A stretch of 64,000 bases of DNA from an uncultured Chloroflexia bacterium (GTDB taxonomy: Bacteria > Chloroflexota > Chloroflexia > QHBQ01 > JADMIH01), in the NCBI GenBank assembly GCA_963811305.1, contig CAWEQU010000008.1:166587-230586 (forward strand), read 5' to 3'. Both the position numbers and the translations under genes were made by a program. This document shows positions 51,018 through 63,212 of this stretch, one piece after another; the stretch's first letter is position 1; every line of letters starts with the position of its first letter. The notes beneath the pieces were generated by a model that made no database searches, had not been told where the DNA came from, and saw only the letters and a list, made by a program, of their open reading frames with translations.

Positions 51018-54000
51018 ATGACTAATCTCTCCCTATGCCTACTCGGCCCTCCTTGCATTGATGTTGATGGGATGCCTATTGACGTCGATACGCGCAAGGC
51101 CATAGCTCTCCTGGTATACCTGTCGGTGACCAGGCAACCTTACACACGTGATGGGCTGGCGTCCCTGCTCTGGCCTGAATACGACCAGACTTATGCTCGC
51201 GCCACCCTGCGGCGGACGCTCTCAACGCTCAATAAGGCGCTGGCTGGAGATTGGCTGGAAGTCAGCCGGAATACGATTTCGGCTCTTTTCAGGTCCTAAC
51301 CTCTATATAGATGTGGACCACTTCCGCAGCCTTATCAACGAGTGCCGCACTCACGGGCATGCGCCTTCTGATGTATGTTCGTCTTGCTTGCGCCCCCTGG
51401 CTGAGGCCGCCAACCTTTATAAGGGCGATTTCCTGATGGGGTTTGGACTAAAAGATAGCTGGGACTTCGACGAGTGGCAGCACCTTCAGACTGAGGGCCT
51501 GCGCCGCGACCTGGCGACTGCTCTCGAGCGCCTGGTATACGGACACGCCGCACTGCGAGAGTTTGACGCAGCCATCTCTTACGCTCAGCGATGGCTTGCC
51601 CTCGACCGCCTGCACGAGCCGGCGCACCGCTGGATGACGCAGCTATCTGCCTGGGCTGGGCAGCGCACTGCCGCGCTGCAACACTACCGGGAATGCGTGC
51701 AGGTACTCGAACAGGAGTTGGGAGTAGCCCCATTGGAGAGCACTACCCAGCTGTATCAGGCTATCAAAGAACAGCGCCTGCCCCCTCTACCCCTCCTGAA
51801 CGAAAGTCGCCTGGAGAGTGGCCGGTTGACCCCTCCACCACAGCTGTCAGACCCCACACTCGATAAGGGGCGGGATGATGTTCCCATTGCCCCTCGCCCG
51901 CCTGCCGTACACAGGAGTGTGCCCCTTGTAGGGCGCGTAACAGAGTGGCAGCAGCTGCTCAAGGCCTGGGATGCCGTAGGCCCGCATGGACAGGTAATAA
52001 TTATCCAGGGAGAAGCAGGTATAGGCAAGACCCGACTGGCCGAGGAGTTCCTGGACTTTGCGGACACCGTTGGCTCGGCCATCCTGGTAGCCCGCTGCTA
52101 TGAGGGTGAGACTGACCTGGCCTACGGGCCTGTAGTCTCAGCTTTGCGCGCCGCATTAGATCAAATGGGTAGCGCGATCTGGCAGGCAAAGGTGTCGCAT
52201 GCGTGGCTGGCCGAGGTCGCTCGATTGCTGCCGGAGGTTGCCGTGGGGCGCTCTAATTTACTCACAGCCCCTCCACTGGACAGTCCCGGCGCTCAGAGCC
52301 GTTTCTTCGAAGGCATTCGGCAGGCGCTGCTGGCAGCCAGTAGTGGCGAGAAGCCAGATAACTACGCAAAGCGCGTGATGCTCCTGTTCGACGATCTGCA
52401 CTGGGCCGATCAAGCTTCCCTTGACCTGCTCAGTTATCTGGTGCGGCGGCTGCACGATTGGCCTGTATGCCTGATTCTCACCTGGCGTAGCGACCACCGT
52501 TCGAGCGACGAACACCTGCATCATCTGCTCTCCGAAGTCCAGCGGTCCCCTCAAGCTACAGTACTGTCGCCCCCGCGGCTGACCAGGGCTAACATTAGTG
52601 AGATGGTGCGCTCAATCAGCGATCCAGGCGCTACTTTATCACCGGCGCTGGCCGAGCGCCTCTATCAGGAGACCGAGGGGCTGCCATTCTTTCTCGTTGA
52701 ATATTTGAACGCCCTGGAACATGGTCTACAGGCGGCCGGAGCTGAAGAGTGGCCGTTGCCTCTCGGCGTGCGCGACCTGCTCCGCTCGCGCCTGAGAATT
52801 GTGAGTGAAACCGGGCGGCAGCTACTCCATGCCGCCGCGGTGATTGGACGCTCGTTTGACTTCGACACCTTGCACCAGGCAAGTGGCCGTAGCGAAGAAG
52901 AAGCGGTTACCGCGCTCGAGGAGTTGATTGCGCTCGGAATAGTCGCGGAGATGCGCGGAGGCGACAGCACCCAAACGCTTACTTACGACTTCAGCCATGA
53001 GAAACTGCGCGGACTCGTTGATGAGGAGACCAGTCTAGCGAGGCGTAGGCTGCTCCACCGGCGAGTAGCCGAAGCGCTTGCCGGTCGCTCACGAGGCCAC
53101 AACGAAGCAGGTTCGCTGGCCGGGCAGATCGCTCATCACTACCGGCTGGCAGGCAACGAGGAGGCGGCTGCTGAGCACTACCGGCTAGCAGGCGAGCATG
53201 CCCGCCGCCTGTACGCCAACACGGAAGCCCTGACACACCTGCAAACAGCCCTGGCGTTCGGACATCCTGATGTCGCCGGGCTGCACGAGGCGGTCGGCGA
53301 CGTCCACACTCTCCTCGGCGAATATGGTGCCGCCCTCGCCAGTTACGAAAGAGCAGCTTCCAGCCTTATCCACGATGATACAAGCAAGAAGACACTTTCC
53401 AGGCTGGAGCACAAGCTGAGTAACGTGTACGTGCGGCGTGGCGAATGGGAGCCAGCAGAGAGCCACTTCGAAGCGGCCCTCCTGGGGTGCGGCGAGGCCC
53501 AAGCAGCCAATGATTGCGCCAGGATATATGCAGATTGGTGCCTGGCTGCTCACCACCAGGGACAGACTGACAGGGCACGCGAATTGGCCCAGCGCGCTCT
53601 GCAACTGGCGGAAGCCGCAGGCGAGCCGAGAGCGCTGGCCCAGACCCACAACATACTTGGTATCATCGCGAGCAGAAGTGGCGACCACGGGGCAGCCCGC
53701 CACCATCTGGAGCAGACCCTGGCGCTTACTGAAACCCTCGACGAGCCTTCTATCCGGGCTGCCGCGCTCAATAACCTCGCCCTGGTCTATGGAGCTAATG
53801 GTCAGGTAGAGGAGGCGTTACAGGTAGGCGAGGAAGCGCTGGCCCTGGTCGTCTCGCAGGGTGATCGCCACCGGGAGGCGGCGGTGCATAACAACCTGGC
53901 CGACTTGCTGCACGCGGTGGGCCGCTCCGAAGAAGCGATGTCCCACCTCAAGCAGTCGGTGGCTATCTACGCAGAGATCGGTGTGGAGGCGGGTACCTTG

Positions 54001-54033
54001 CAGCCCGCAATCTGGCGTCTGGTCGAGTGGTAG
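51018..54033 (+). CDS. BTAD/SARP - AAA ATPase - TPR transcriptional regulator, frameshift near 51290
   Basis: LLGPP..RKAIALLVYL; LDRLHEPAHR; GEAGIGKTRL; DDLHWAD; TEGLPFFL; TPRs. Confidence 0.92.
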
Positions 54034-54043
54034 CTCCCCGCTC

Positions 54044-55366
54044 TTAAGCTTTGCGCTCAGGCCTGCTCAACCACAGGCTCACATGCGCGGGCTGCATCGT
54101 CTCCTCAACCACCTCCACCAGTCGCCCCGTCAGCCTGTCCAGCTCTACCTCGTCCCGCGCTGTTCGGGAGAAGGCGGTAAGCGTCTTGGCAGCATTATAC
54201 TTACGGCGGTAGAAGCGTCGATCTATAAAGCTCTGGATACGCCTACGTAGAGGCAGGAAGAGGGCAGCTATCAGGAGTGTAGAAGCAACAATGGCGAAGT
54301 CATTACCAGGGCCGGTGATTGGCCGCAGTAATGCCTGTAATCCTACTACTCCGCTCCAGTAGATGAGGGCCAACGTAGCGGTCAGCATGCCGTAGACGAG
54401 GGTGCGGCGGATGATCAGATCGATGTCGTACAGGCGGTAGCGCAGTATCGAAAAGGCGATAGAGAGGGGGATAAAAAGTAGAAACAGATAGTGCATGATC
54501 GGCTCAACAAAGAAGTAGAGGAAGGAACGGGGTCGGGAGGTAACAGGTAGCAGCGCAGGGTATAGGTTGCCAAGCACTATGAACCCTAAGATTGATACTG
54601 TTGCACCAAACACTACCCACTTGGTCTGCTGGCGCTGTATTTCATTGGAGATGCGCCTGTAGCGCCATATCTGCGCCACCCCTGCACTGGTCATCAAGAT
54701 TAGCAGCACCAGGCCATCAAGCGGGCCTCCCCATACCTGGAATGTTAGGTCCCAGGCCATCAGCCCTACGGCTCCAATGATAGCGGGAATACGCATCCAC
54801 GGCGGCACAATCCTGCCGTCCGGGAAGAAATAGAGGAAAAGTATCAGCAGAGGAAAAGTGCTCGATGTCAATATTTGGACCAGCAGTAAGAGCCAGGGTT
54901 GGGATTCGATAGCTCCAAGCAAGAAGACCCAGGACAAACCCGAACCCATAGTCAAGAGGGTCAAAGATGCCAGAAGGGCAATCGTATTTGAAGACTTGCG
55001 CCAGAAGATTACGGCGGCAACCAGGATGCAGGTCAGAAATATGCTGACATGCGCTATGATGCGGTAAATGGCGTAGCCCTCGATGGAGAAGCCCATCGTA
55101 TGGAGAGCCTCTATGTCTGCGACGCTCAACTGCCACAGTTCCCCCTGAATATCATCAGGGCTCAAACCCGGCATAAGAGCGTAAGGTGTCGTTAGCTGGC
55201 GGTAGACTGCCGGGACACCTAAGATGATGAGCGTCGAGGTCACAATAGCCCAGGCGAGCCAGACCATTCTCGCAAGGGCCAGCCATATACCACCCAGGAG
55301 CGCTCCTGGGCGTCTCTCTCCGCTCGCCTTCTCTACATCTGCTACCGGCATACGGTCTACTTCCAT
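54044..55366 (-). CDS. Multi-TM sensor-like protein, paralog 1
   Basis: FPDGR, RQQTKWVVFG, LRYRLYDIDLIIRRTLVYG, RRKYNAAKTL..MQPAHVSLWL. Confidence 0.85.
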   Translation of the reverse strand: MEVDRMPVADVEKASGERRPGALLGGIWLALARMVWLAWAIVTSTLIILGVPAVYRQLTTPYALMPGLSPDDIQGELWQLSVADIEALHTMGFSIEGYAIYRIIAHVSIFLTCILVAAVIFWRKSSNTIALLASLTLLTMGSGLSWVFLLGAIESQPWLLLLVQILTSSTFPLLILFLYFFPDGRIVPPWMRIPAIIGAVGLMAWDLTFQVWGGPLDGLVLLILMTSAGVAQIWRYRRISNEIQRQQTKWVVFGATVSILGFIVLGNLYPALLPVTSRPRSFLYFFVEPIMHYLFLLFIPLSIAFSILRYRLYDIDLIIRRTLVYGMLTATLALIYWSGVVGLQALLRPITGPGNDFAIVASTLLIAALFLPLRRRIQSFIDRRFYRRKYNAAKTLTAFSRTARDEVELDRLTGRLVEVVEETMQPAHVSLWLSRPERKA

Positions 55367-55388
55367 CGCTCTCCTTCTCCTTGAGTAC

Positions 55389-56585
55389 TTAGCTTTCACC
55401 CCGCACGCCAGGCTGGCGCAGCCATATGGAAACGTGAGCGGGCTGCATCGTCTCCTCCACCACCGCCACCAGCCTCTCAGCCAGCCTGTCCAGTTCTACC
55501 TCGTCCCGCGCTGTCTGGCTGAAGGCCGCCAGTGTCTTGGCTGCATTGTACTTGCGGCGGTAGAATCGCCGGTCTATGAACGCCTGGATGAACCGACGTA
55601 ACGGCAGGAAGAGGGCGGCAATTACCAGGGTGGAAGTGACAATGGCGAAGTCGTTTCCGGGGCCGGTGACTGGGCGTAGAAGCGCTTGCAACCCTACTAT
55701 GCTACCCCAATAGATGAGGGCCAGCACGGCAGTCAACACGCCATATACGAGGGTACGATTGATAAGGAGATCTATGTCATACAGGCGGTAGCGCAGTATG
55801 GCGACGCCTGTTGCGATAGGGATACCGAGTAACCCGGCGATCACAAGCAGCGACCACGGCAACGAAAGCGGTGAGGTGGGCAGGAGGACCACCAGCAGTA
55901 CCGTGGCATAGGCGAACCACTTGATTTGTTGGCGCTCTGTCCCGGTCGAGCGGCGGAACCTTCGGACTAGAGATACCGTGGCAGCTATGGCAGCTACAAA
56001 GATACCTATGATGGCAACAGAAAATAGTAGCCATAAGGCATCTCCGGCTCCCTCTATGCCGAGGGGATTGTTGCGCTCAGGAAACTCACTAAGTGGGCCT
56101 GGCACGAACATAAAGACTACCATTGCCAGGATGGTGCTGCCTGTGCCCAGCCATGCCACTGGCCGCCAGCGAGGTGAGGGTAAGTGCCCATGGGGGAACA
56201 GCATCGGTAGGAAGACCACTATCGGCACCTCAGCAGGCAGCCAGATCCAGCTACGCAGCCAGGCGAGTTCTACCCCTGCCTGGAGCGTGCCAGGTGCAGT
56301 GAGCAAGGCATAGGTAACGTACTCTTCCGCAAAAAAGGCGAAGGCATTGGTGACACCCACGCCAACAAAGAGCCAACCGACCAGATTGCTTGGGTGACGT
56401 ACAGAGATGGCAAGACCTACCAGTGAGTACGTGACCGCAAATGCAGCCAGGAAGCCGCGCGGCCCCCAACCATCTTTGGCCGGCGTGCCATAGTTGGCGA
56501 TGAAGAACCCAAAGCCGACCATAACCAGCGCCAGGGAAAGTGCGCACAGAGCCCAGGCAAGGAGGGTAGTGGTGCGCGTATTCAT
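55389..56585 (-). CDS. Multi-TM sensor-like protein, paralog 2
   Basis: PSNLVGWLF, FPHGHLPSPRWR, same C-terminal module. Confidence 0.85.
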   Translation of the reverse strand: MNTRTTTLLAWALCALSLALVMVGFGFFIANYGTPAKDGWGPRGFLAAFAVTYSLVGLAISVRHPSNLVGWLFVGVGVTNAFAFFAEEYVTYALLTAPGTLQAGVELAWLRSWIWLPAEVPIVVFLPMLFPHGHLPSPRWRPVAWLGTGSTILAMVVFMFVPGPLSEFPERNNPLGIEGAGDALWLLFSVAIIGIFVAAIAATVSLVRRFRRSTGTERQQIKWFAYATVLLVVLLPTSPLSLPWSLLVIAGLLGIPIATGVAILRYRLYDIDLLINRTLVYGVLTAVLALIYWGSIVGLQALLRPVTGPGNDFAIVTSTLVIAALFLPLRRFIQAFIDRRFYRRKYNAAKTLAAFSQTARDEVELDRLAERLVAVVEETMQPAHVSIWLRQPGVRGES

Positions 56586-57939
56586 CGCTTGTCCCCTGCT
56601 TGTAGTGCTGACCTCTTCGGCATAGCATCTGAGCGTAGCCACAGCGACACGTGAGCGGGCTGCATAGTCTCCTCAACCACCGCCACCAGCCTCTCCGCCA
56701 GCCTGTTCAGACTCTACCTCGTCCCGTGCTGTCTGGCTGAATGCCGCCAGGGTCTTGGCTGCATTGTACTTACGGCGGTAGAAACGGCGGTCTATGAATG
56801 CCTGGACGCGCTGGCGCAGAGGTAAGAAGAGGGCAGCTATCAGGAGTGTAGAAGCAACAATGGCGAAGTCGTTGCCAGGGCCGGTGATGGGTCGTAGTAA
56901 TGCCTGCAATCCGACTACGCCGCCCCAGTAGATGAGGGCCAGCACAGCAGTTAATGCACCGTAGACGAGGGTGCGGCGGATGATCAGGTCTATGTCGTAC
57001 AGCCGGTAACGCAGTATTGAAAAGCCTATAGACAATGGAACGAAAATCGCAACGGTATAGGATATAAGCGGCTCGACGAAGAAGTAGATGAAGGAATGAG
57101 GTCGGGAGGAAACAGGTAGCAACGCAGGGTATATGTTACTGAAGATTATTTCCCCCAGGATTCCTACTGCCGCACCGAACACTACCCACTTGGTCTGCTG
57201 GCGTTGTATGGGATTAGAGAACTCGTAAGTAGCGATATATCTGGGCGCACGCGCTACTGAGTAGCAGACCGTATATCAGCAGGCCACCAAGGGGGCCTCC
57301 CCATACGTTGAATGCTACGTCCCAGGCCACCACAGCTACGACTCCAACGACCGCGGGAGCGCGCATCCACGACGGCACACACCTGCCGTCTGGGAAAAAG
57401 TAGAGGAAGAGAGTCAGCAGCGGAAACCCGCTAGACGTCAGAATGCGCACCGGTATATGGGACCAGGGTTGGGATGCAACGGCTCCAAGTAAGAAAACCC
57501 ACGAGATTGTCGTACCTAGGCTGAGGAGGGTTAAAGAGGCCAGAAATGCCAGCCCATTTGCAGACTTGCGCCAGAAGATCACTGTGGCGACCAACCCGAA
57601 AAGCAGTACTATGGCTAATTGCCATGCAATGCGGTAGATGGCGTATCCATCGAGGGAGAAGCCCAGTGCTTGCAGTTCACCCGCTTCGACTGCGCCCAGC
57701 TGCAATAGCTCCCCCTGCATGCTCTCATTGCCAATGACTGGGATGTGGGCGTCAGGGAGGGTTATCTGACGGTAGACCGCCGGGACACCTACCACAATGA
57801 GCACTATGATCATAGCAGCCCAGGCTAGCCAGATTATTCTCGCAAGGGTTAGCCAGATACCACCCAGGACCATCCCTGGGCTTTCCTCTTGCCTTGCTTT
57901 CTCTACAGGTGCTACCTGCATCTGGTCTACCTCGAGCAC
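56582..57939 (-). CDS. Multi-TM sensor-like protein, paralog 3 (frameshifts near 57215 and 56710)
   Basis: Close copy of paralog 1 across ORFs 57214-57969 and 56673-57182. Confidence 0.8.
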
Positions 57940-57958
57940 TATCGTTCTCCTTTGGGTC

Positions 57959-59432
57959 TCAGCTTTCACCTCGCACGCCAGGCTTCATATAATTATGGCG
58001 GCTGCGCAAGACGGCCTGGGCCGCGTGATAACCACACATACCATGCACGCCACCGCCGGGCGGGGTGGAAGACGAACATAAGTAGAGGCCGCGCCGCGCT
58101 GTCCTGTAAGGCGTCAGTCGGGGGGTAGGGCGCGTGAATAGCTGGCGCAGGTCCTGGATGCCGCCGTTGATATCGCCACCGACGTAGTTGGGGTTATAAC
58201 GCTGCATCTCCACAGCAGACATTGTGTGACGTGCCAGCACCCGGTCCCTGAAGCCTGGCGCGAACCTCTCGACCTGCCCCTCGATGCGCTCTGTCATGTC
58301 GAGCGTCGAGCCGTGGGGTACATGGCAGTAGGCCCACACCGTGTGCTTCCCTTCAGGAGCGCGTGTCGTATCAAAGAGGCTCTGTTGCGCCAGCAGCACG
58401 AAGGGCCTCTCATGGTGCTGCCCATGCCATACCGCACGCTCCGAGGCAGAGATTTCTTCAATAGTCCCGCCCAGGTGCACCGTGCCCGCCCGTGCGCACT
58501 CCTCTGCCCTCCAGGGGAATCGGGCCATCCAGCGCCCAGTCAACCTTGAAGACGCCCGGCCCGTAGCGGTATCGCCGTAACTGTCGACCGTAGCCCGAAG
58601 GGAGACGGTCCCCGGCGATTTGCAGTAACTGTCGAGGTGTTACGTCGAACAATACCGCCTGGGCTGCTGGCAGGTCATCCAGCGACTCTACTAGCCGTCC
58701 CGTGGCTATCTCACCGCCCAACGAGCAGAAGTACGAGGCCATCGCGTTGGCTATCTGTTGCGAGCCGCCCCGTGCCACGGGCCACCCCACGACATGCGCC
58801 AGCGTGGCGAGTACCAGCCCAAAGGAAGCGGTAGGTGGCCGCTCGATAGGTAGCATCGAGTGGGCTGCCATACCGGCGAAAATCGCTCGCGCCCTCTCCT
58901 CCTTGAAGACCGCCCTGGCAAGCAGGCTTGCAGAGAGCAGCGCCTTCATGCCAAATCGAGAGAGCGCGATAGGGTGCCTGGGAAAGCGCAGAGGTCCGAG
59001 GATATCTTCGGCGAGCCTGTGCCAGTCGCGCACGAGCGGCCCCATCAGCTTGCGGTATGCCTTACCATCGCGCCCCAGGTTGGCGTTCGTGCCCGTTGCC
59101 GTCACCGTCCGCTCCAGCATTACCGCCGTGCCATCGTCGAGCGGGTGGGCGAGGGGCGCGGAAGGGTGTATCCACTCCAGCCCATGCTCATCGAGAGGCA
59201 GGCTGCGCATAAAGGGAGAAACCAGTCCCAGCGGGTGGATGGCGGAGCAGACGTCATGCGTAAAGCCGGGCAGAGTTAGCGCGGCGGACCTGCTTCCTCC
59301 GCCTATGGTCTCCTTCCCCTCCAGCACGAGCACAGAGCGGCCAGCGCGGGCCAACGTGATGGCGGCTGCCAACCCATTAGGACCCGCACCGACTATAACT
59401 GCATCATAGGTACGACGCTCATGCTTCGACAC
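57959..59432 (-). CDS. Phytoene-dehydrogenase-like FAD oxidoreductase, frameshift near 58520
   Basis: [42 protein letters not shown]. Confidence 0.9.
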
Positions 59433-59535
59433 GTTTTGGTTTCCTCTACCTATAGGTTCAAGGTTCAAGGTTCAAGGTTCAAAGTATGACCTCAAGGGCC
59501 AAACTTTGAACCTTGAACTTTGAACCCGTCACTTG

Positions 59536-60291
59536 TTACCGCGCCTTCCGCTTGCGGACCCATCTGGCAGGGGCGCTCATCATATACATGGTGGAGCGTA
59601 CAATGACATTGTATTTGATGTTTCGGGCCTGTGACCACTGCACCCGGGAGTCGACGCACACTACCTGGGTCTCTACCTCTCCCTCCCCACCCAGGTGCGC
59701 AGCCAGGTTGCCCAGCGTCTTCTGCCAGAAGGTGTTCTCCTGCCTATGGCCCCCCAGCCTCATCATCAGCTCGAGCACCGGGTCGGACGACCGCATCAGC
59801 ACCTGCGCCTGCGCCACCACGCTGCCCTCGCGCTTATATGCGCTGAAAGTGATCCACCCGGCGAACATGTGACCCTCCGGGGTCATGAAGGTAAACAATT
59901 CGTCGTCAACATACAGGACCATCACGCCGGTGGACAATTTCATCTCATTGGGCAACCTGGCGCCACCCGGCACAGCCATGCTGATAAGGGCGACCTCCCC
60001 AGGCGCGATCCCGGTGATCGGCCCGTAGAAGCGGTTGCCCGGCGGCCAGAAGGTGGGGAAGTTCTCTTTCCACGCTTTGATCACATCGGAAGGGGTCAGA
60101 GTGATGCCGGTGAGGCGCACGCTGTAGGTCTTCTGCCACATCGGGCCGAAGCCCTGCAAAGGCCCGCTGAGCTGGCGCCCTTCTACCAGGTTTACTGCCC
60201 CGGACGGCGCGTCGGAAACCTTCAGGGTCGAGACCTGTCCCGCCCAGTTAGCGGCGTCGCGCGGCTGCTTTTTGTCGGTTGGAGTGACCAT
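59536..60291 (-). CDS. Conserved hypothetical protein
   Basis: GPLQGFGPMWQKTY, FMTPEGHMFAGWITFS; operonic with the STAS genes. Confidence 0.7.
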   Translation of the reverse strand: MVTPTDKKQPRDAANWAGQVSTLKVSDAPSGAVNLVEGRQLSGPLQGFGPMWQKTYSVRLTGITLTPSDVIKAWKENFPTFWPPGNRFYGPITGIAPGEVALISMAVPGGARLPNEMKLSTGVMVLYVDDELFTFMTPEGHMFAGWITFSAYKREGSVVAQAQVLMRSSDPVLELMMRLGGHRQENTFWQKTLGNLAAHLGGEGEVETQVVCVDSRVQWSQARNIKYNVIVRSTMYMMSAPARWVRKRKAR

Positions 60292-60366
60292 TACTTCGAG
60301 CCTCCTATTTAAATCGTGTGCTTGTGGCAACGGTTTTGCCGGCGACGATGGCTTCCATTACAGCGC

Positions 60367-60738
60367 CTATCCATTCTGTGCGGCGGCTAACACTTCGTCT
60401 TCTGTGCCATAGATCCCGATGGCGTCGGTCAGCCTGGTCAGCTCGAATATATGCTGATAGTGCTCGCTTAGTCCATAGGCAAGCATACGCTGCCCCTGGC
60501 GGTTGACCCTGATCAGGAGCGTGACGAGCAAGCCTATACCGCTGCTATTCATATACTCCAGCCCGCTGAAGTTCAAGACGATGTTGCGCGTCGCGGTCCC
60601 CCCCTGTGGAGAGCTGGCTTCGGTGTACGCTGCCATTAGCTCATTCTCAACGAAGCCGTTGACGTCACCCTCGATGTCTATGACACTCGTGGTGGGGCTG
60701 ATCCGGCGGACGTTCATCTTTACGGTGGTCTCTGTCAT
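60367..60738 (-). CDS. STAS anti-sigma factor antagonist
   Basis: LEYMNSSGIGLL. Confidence 0.92.
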   Translation of the reverse strand: MTETTVKMNVRRISPTTSVIDIEGDVNGFVENELMAAYTEASSPQGGTATRNIVLNFSGLEYMNSSGIGLLVTLLIRVNRQGQRMLAYGLSEHYQHIFELTRLTDAIGIYGTEDEVLAAAQNG

Positions 60739-60801
60739 GTTCCAACTCCTTCTTCTGTCTAATTGACCTGTTGTCGCTTTACACTCGCGAAATTCGCCGT
60801 A

Positions 60802-61182
60802 TCACGCATTCACTTCGGATACCGGCTCGGAGGCCGGTACGTAGGCCAGGGCCTCAGCTTCGTTTGGGAAGACGTTCATGAAATCGGCGAGGCGGGTAAT
60901 CTGGAATATCTCCACGTAGTGCTCGCTCAGGCCGTAGGCCAGCAGCCTGCGGTGTGATTTGCGAGCCTGGGCTAGCAGCCCCACTATCAGTGCGATACCG
61001 GTGCTGTTGATGTAGTCCACGTCGCTGAAGTTGAGCATGATGACTTCCGAGCTTTGCTGCTCGGCTTCTTTGTAGGCGGCGTTGAGAGCTTCCTCTGCGA
61101 AGGCATTTATCTCCCCGTGCAAGTTAACCGAGGTGACGCGAGGTCGATGTCGCAGATCGGCTGTGAAGGTTCTAGTTTGCAT
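60802..61182 (-). CDS. STAS anti-sigma factor antagonist
   Basis: VDYINSTGIALI. Confidence 0.92.
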   Translation of the reverse strand: MQTRTFTADLRHRPRVTSVNLHGEINAFAEEALNAAYKEAEQQSSEVIMLNFSDVDYINSTGIALIVGLLAQARKSHRRLLAYGLSEHYVEIFQITRLADFMNVFPNEAEALAYVPASEPVSEVNA

Positions 61183-62811
61183 CTTTCTCACCTCCCAGGT
61201 GCATTATCAATTCAACCGTATGGGTGCTGTCGTTCGTGGTTACGCGCATATCGTCCACGAGATTCTTTATCAGGAAGAGTCCCCAGCCACGGGGCGTTTG
61301 TTCCCCTGCCAGTTTGGCCTGAAGGTCGGGGGTCTGCGCATCAGGTATCGTTTGGGTGCCCCCCTGGTCGGTAATGAACACTGACAAGGCCGTGTCCGAA
61401 GCGCGCACCTCTATCGAGACAGGCACATCCGGGCTGTAGTGGTTGCCGTGCTCCATTGCGTTCATAGTGGCCTCAGCCACAGCGGTCTTGAGCCGCTCCA
61501 CGCGTTTCGGGGAGACAGGCGAGCTCCCCTATAGCCTCCGCTACTTTGTTCAGTGCCGTGCGCTCGTTTCCAGGCTCACTCGGCACGGTGAAAGCAGCCA
61601 GAAGTCGCCCGACCGCGCCTTCTGACGTTTGCACTCCTGAATTCGTAACTTCATGTGTCACGCTCTCCTCCAACCTTTCAAGCGTCACCAGCGTAACGTC
61701 GTCTTCCTGCTCCCAGCCTTCCCCAGTAAAAGTCGCCAGCTCGCCCAATAGCAGATCGATCAGTTCCTGGCCGTTTGCAGAGTGGCTGGCTACCAACTCT
61801 TTGAGATAAGGGAAGCTGAACATCTCACGCTGCCGGTTGTGCGCCTCCACCAGCCCATCGCTGTAAAAGAGGACGCTGTCTCCCGGAGCTAATAGCGCTT
61901 CCTTCTCTTCGTAGCGCATCCCCAGCATCAGGCCAAGCGGCATGCCTGTAGCCCTCAATTCGACCACGGCGCCGTTATGCCTTTTGTAAGGGAGATCGTG
62001 GCCCGCATTAGCGTAGCGTAGCACCCCCGTCTGGGGATCGAGCACGCCATAGAGGCAGGTTACGAACATCTTGGGCGGGATGTCGGAGTGCAGCATGTCG
62101 TTCACCTGCTCTAATACTTCACCCGGAGAATTCAACCGCTGAGCGGCAGCCCTCAGTATGGCGCGGGTAGTGGCCATGACCAGGGCGGCAGGCACTCCTT
62201 TATCCGTAACATCCCCGATCACCAGTCCCAGCTTTCCATCTTCCAGCATCAAGAAATCGTAGAAATCGCCGCCCACTGCACGGGCCGGCTGGTAGTGCGC
62301 TGCCAGGCTCCAGCCCTTCAGTGCAGGCACTTCTTTAGGTAGGAGTGTCTGCTGTATCAGCCGGGCCACGCGCAGTTCCTGATCTATACGCTCTCGCTCG
62401 CGGGCTTCGGCCTGCTGCTGCCGCACCAATTGGGCAACTCGCAGGTGCAGGCGCCGCCTGGGAGGAGAGGTCGTTCAGCAACCCTCGGTCATCGGTCGAG
62501 TAATCCTGCCCGCTGAGGCGCGGTCCCAGGTTGAGCAATCCGACCATCTCACCCTGGCTGATCAGGGGCACGCACATCTGCACGCCTGCTGCCCGTAACG
62601 CCTTCAGGGCCGGCGAGTCGAGTTGCAGCTTGTCGACTTCCACGGCACCGGGTGAGCTAAGAAAATATGCGACCAGGGGGTCGTTGGGCGCAATGTCAGT
62701 AGTGGGCGCAACAAGGCGGCCACTTCGCGCGCCATGCACCGGGGGTGCTTCGACTTCTCTGGCTCGTCGCCCTATTCGTCTGTGTCTGAGGTTTTCGATC
62801 AGTGTAGACAT
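61172..62811 (-). CDS. Partial GAF + SpoIIE/PP2C phosphatase + RsbW-like HATPase fusion (frameshifts near 62440 and 61515)
   Basis: VGGDFYD, GDVTDKG, ANAGH, YSDGLVE, DDVT; EATMNAMEHGN, DQG, RGWGL. Confidence 0.9.
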
Positions 62812-63212
62812 TTCCCCCTCCACCCTACTTTCGATCTCATATTACCATCCCTTCGTCTCGAAATCGTTACGGCAAGCGTTACGAACTCAGACCAAAATTA
62901 GGAAGCAGGATCGTCTATCCAGGTCCGAGCCTTCGAGACCATCTGCGGGTTGTTCTTTACCTATCTTACACGAGGCTGTGCAGACCCACACGGGCTGGTT
63001 TTCAGAATATGACAGTGGCATTACCAATACGCTGGAGGCTCTATCGGCGCAGGTGGAGCCATAGAACATCCTTTTGACATCGCCACAGCTATCCTGGTAA
63101 ACTTGTAAGTTGGCTCTTTAGTCCGCAGCCCGTAACGGCAACCTTGAATAGGTTCCGTGTAGTTGCGGGCAGATTTCATATTGTAACGCCTCAGTCCATT
63201 CGTCGTAGGAGT

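Noticed and set aside
63128-63170. Hairpin upstream of the secreted propeller gene as a riboswitch
   Set aside because: Single imperfect stem with no recognisable aptamer
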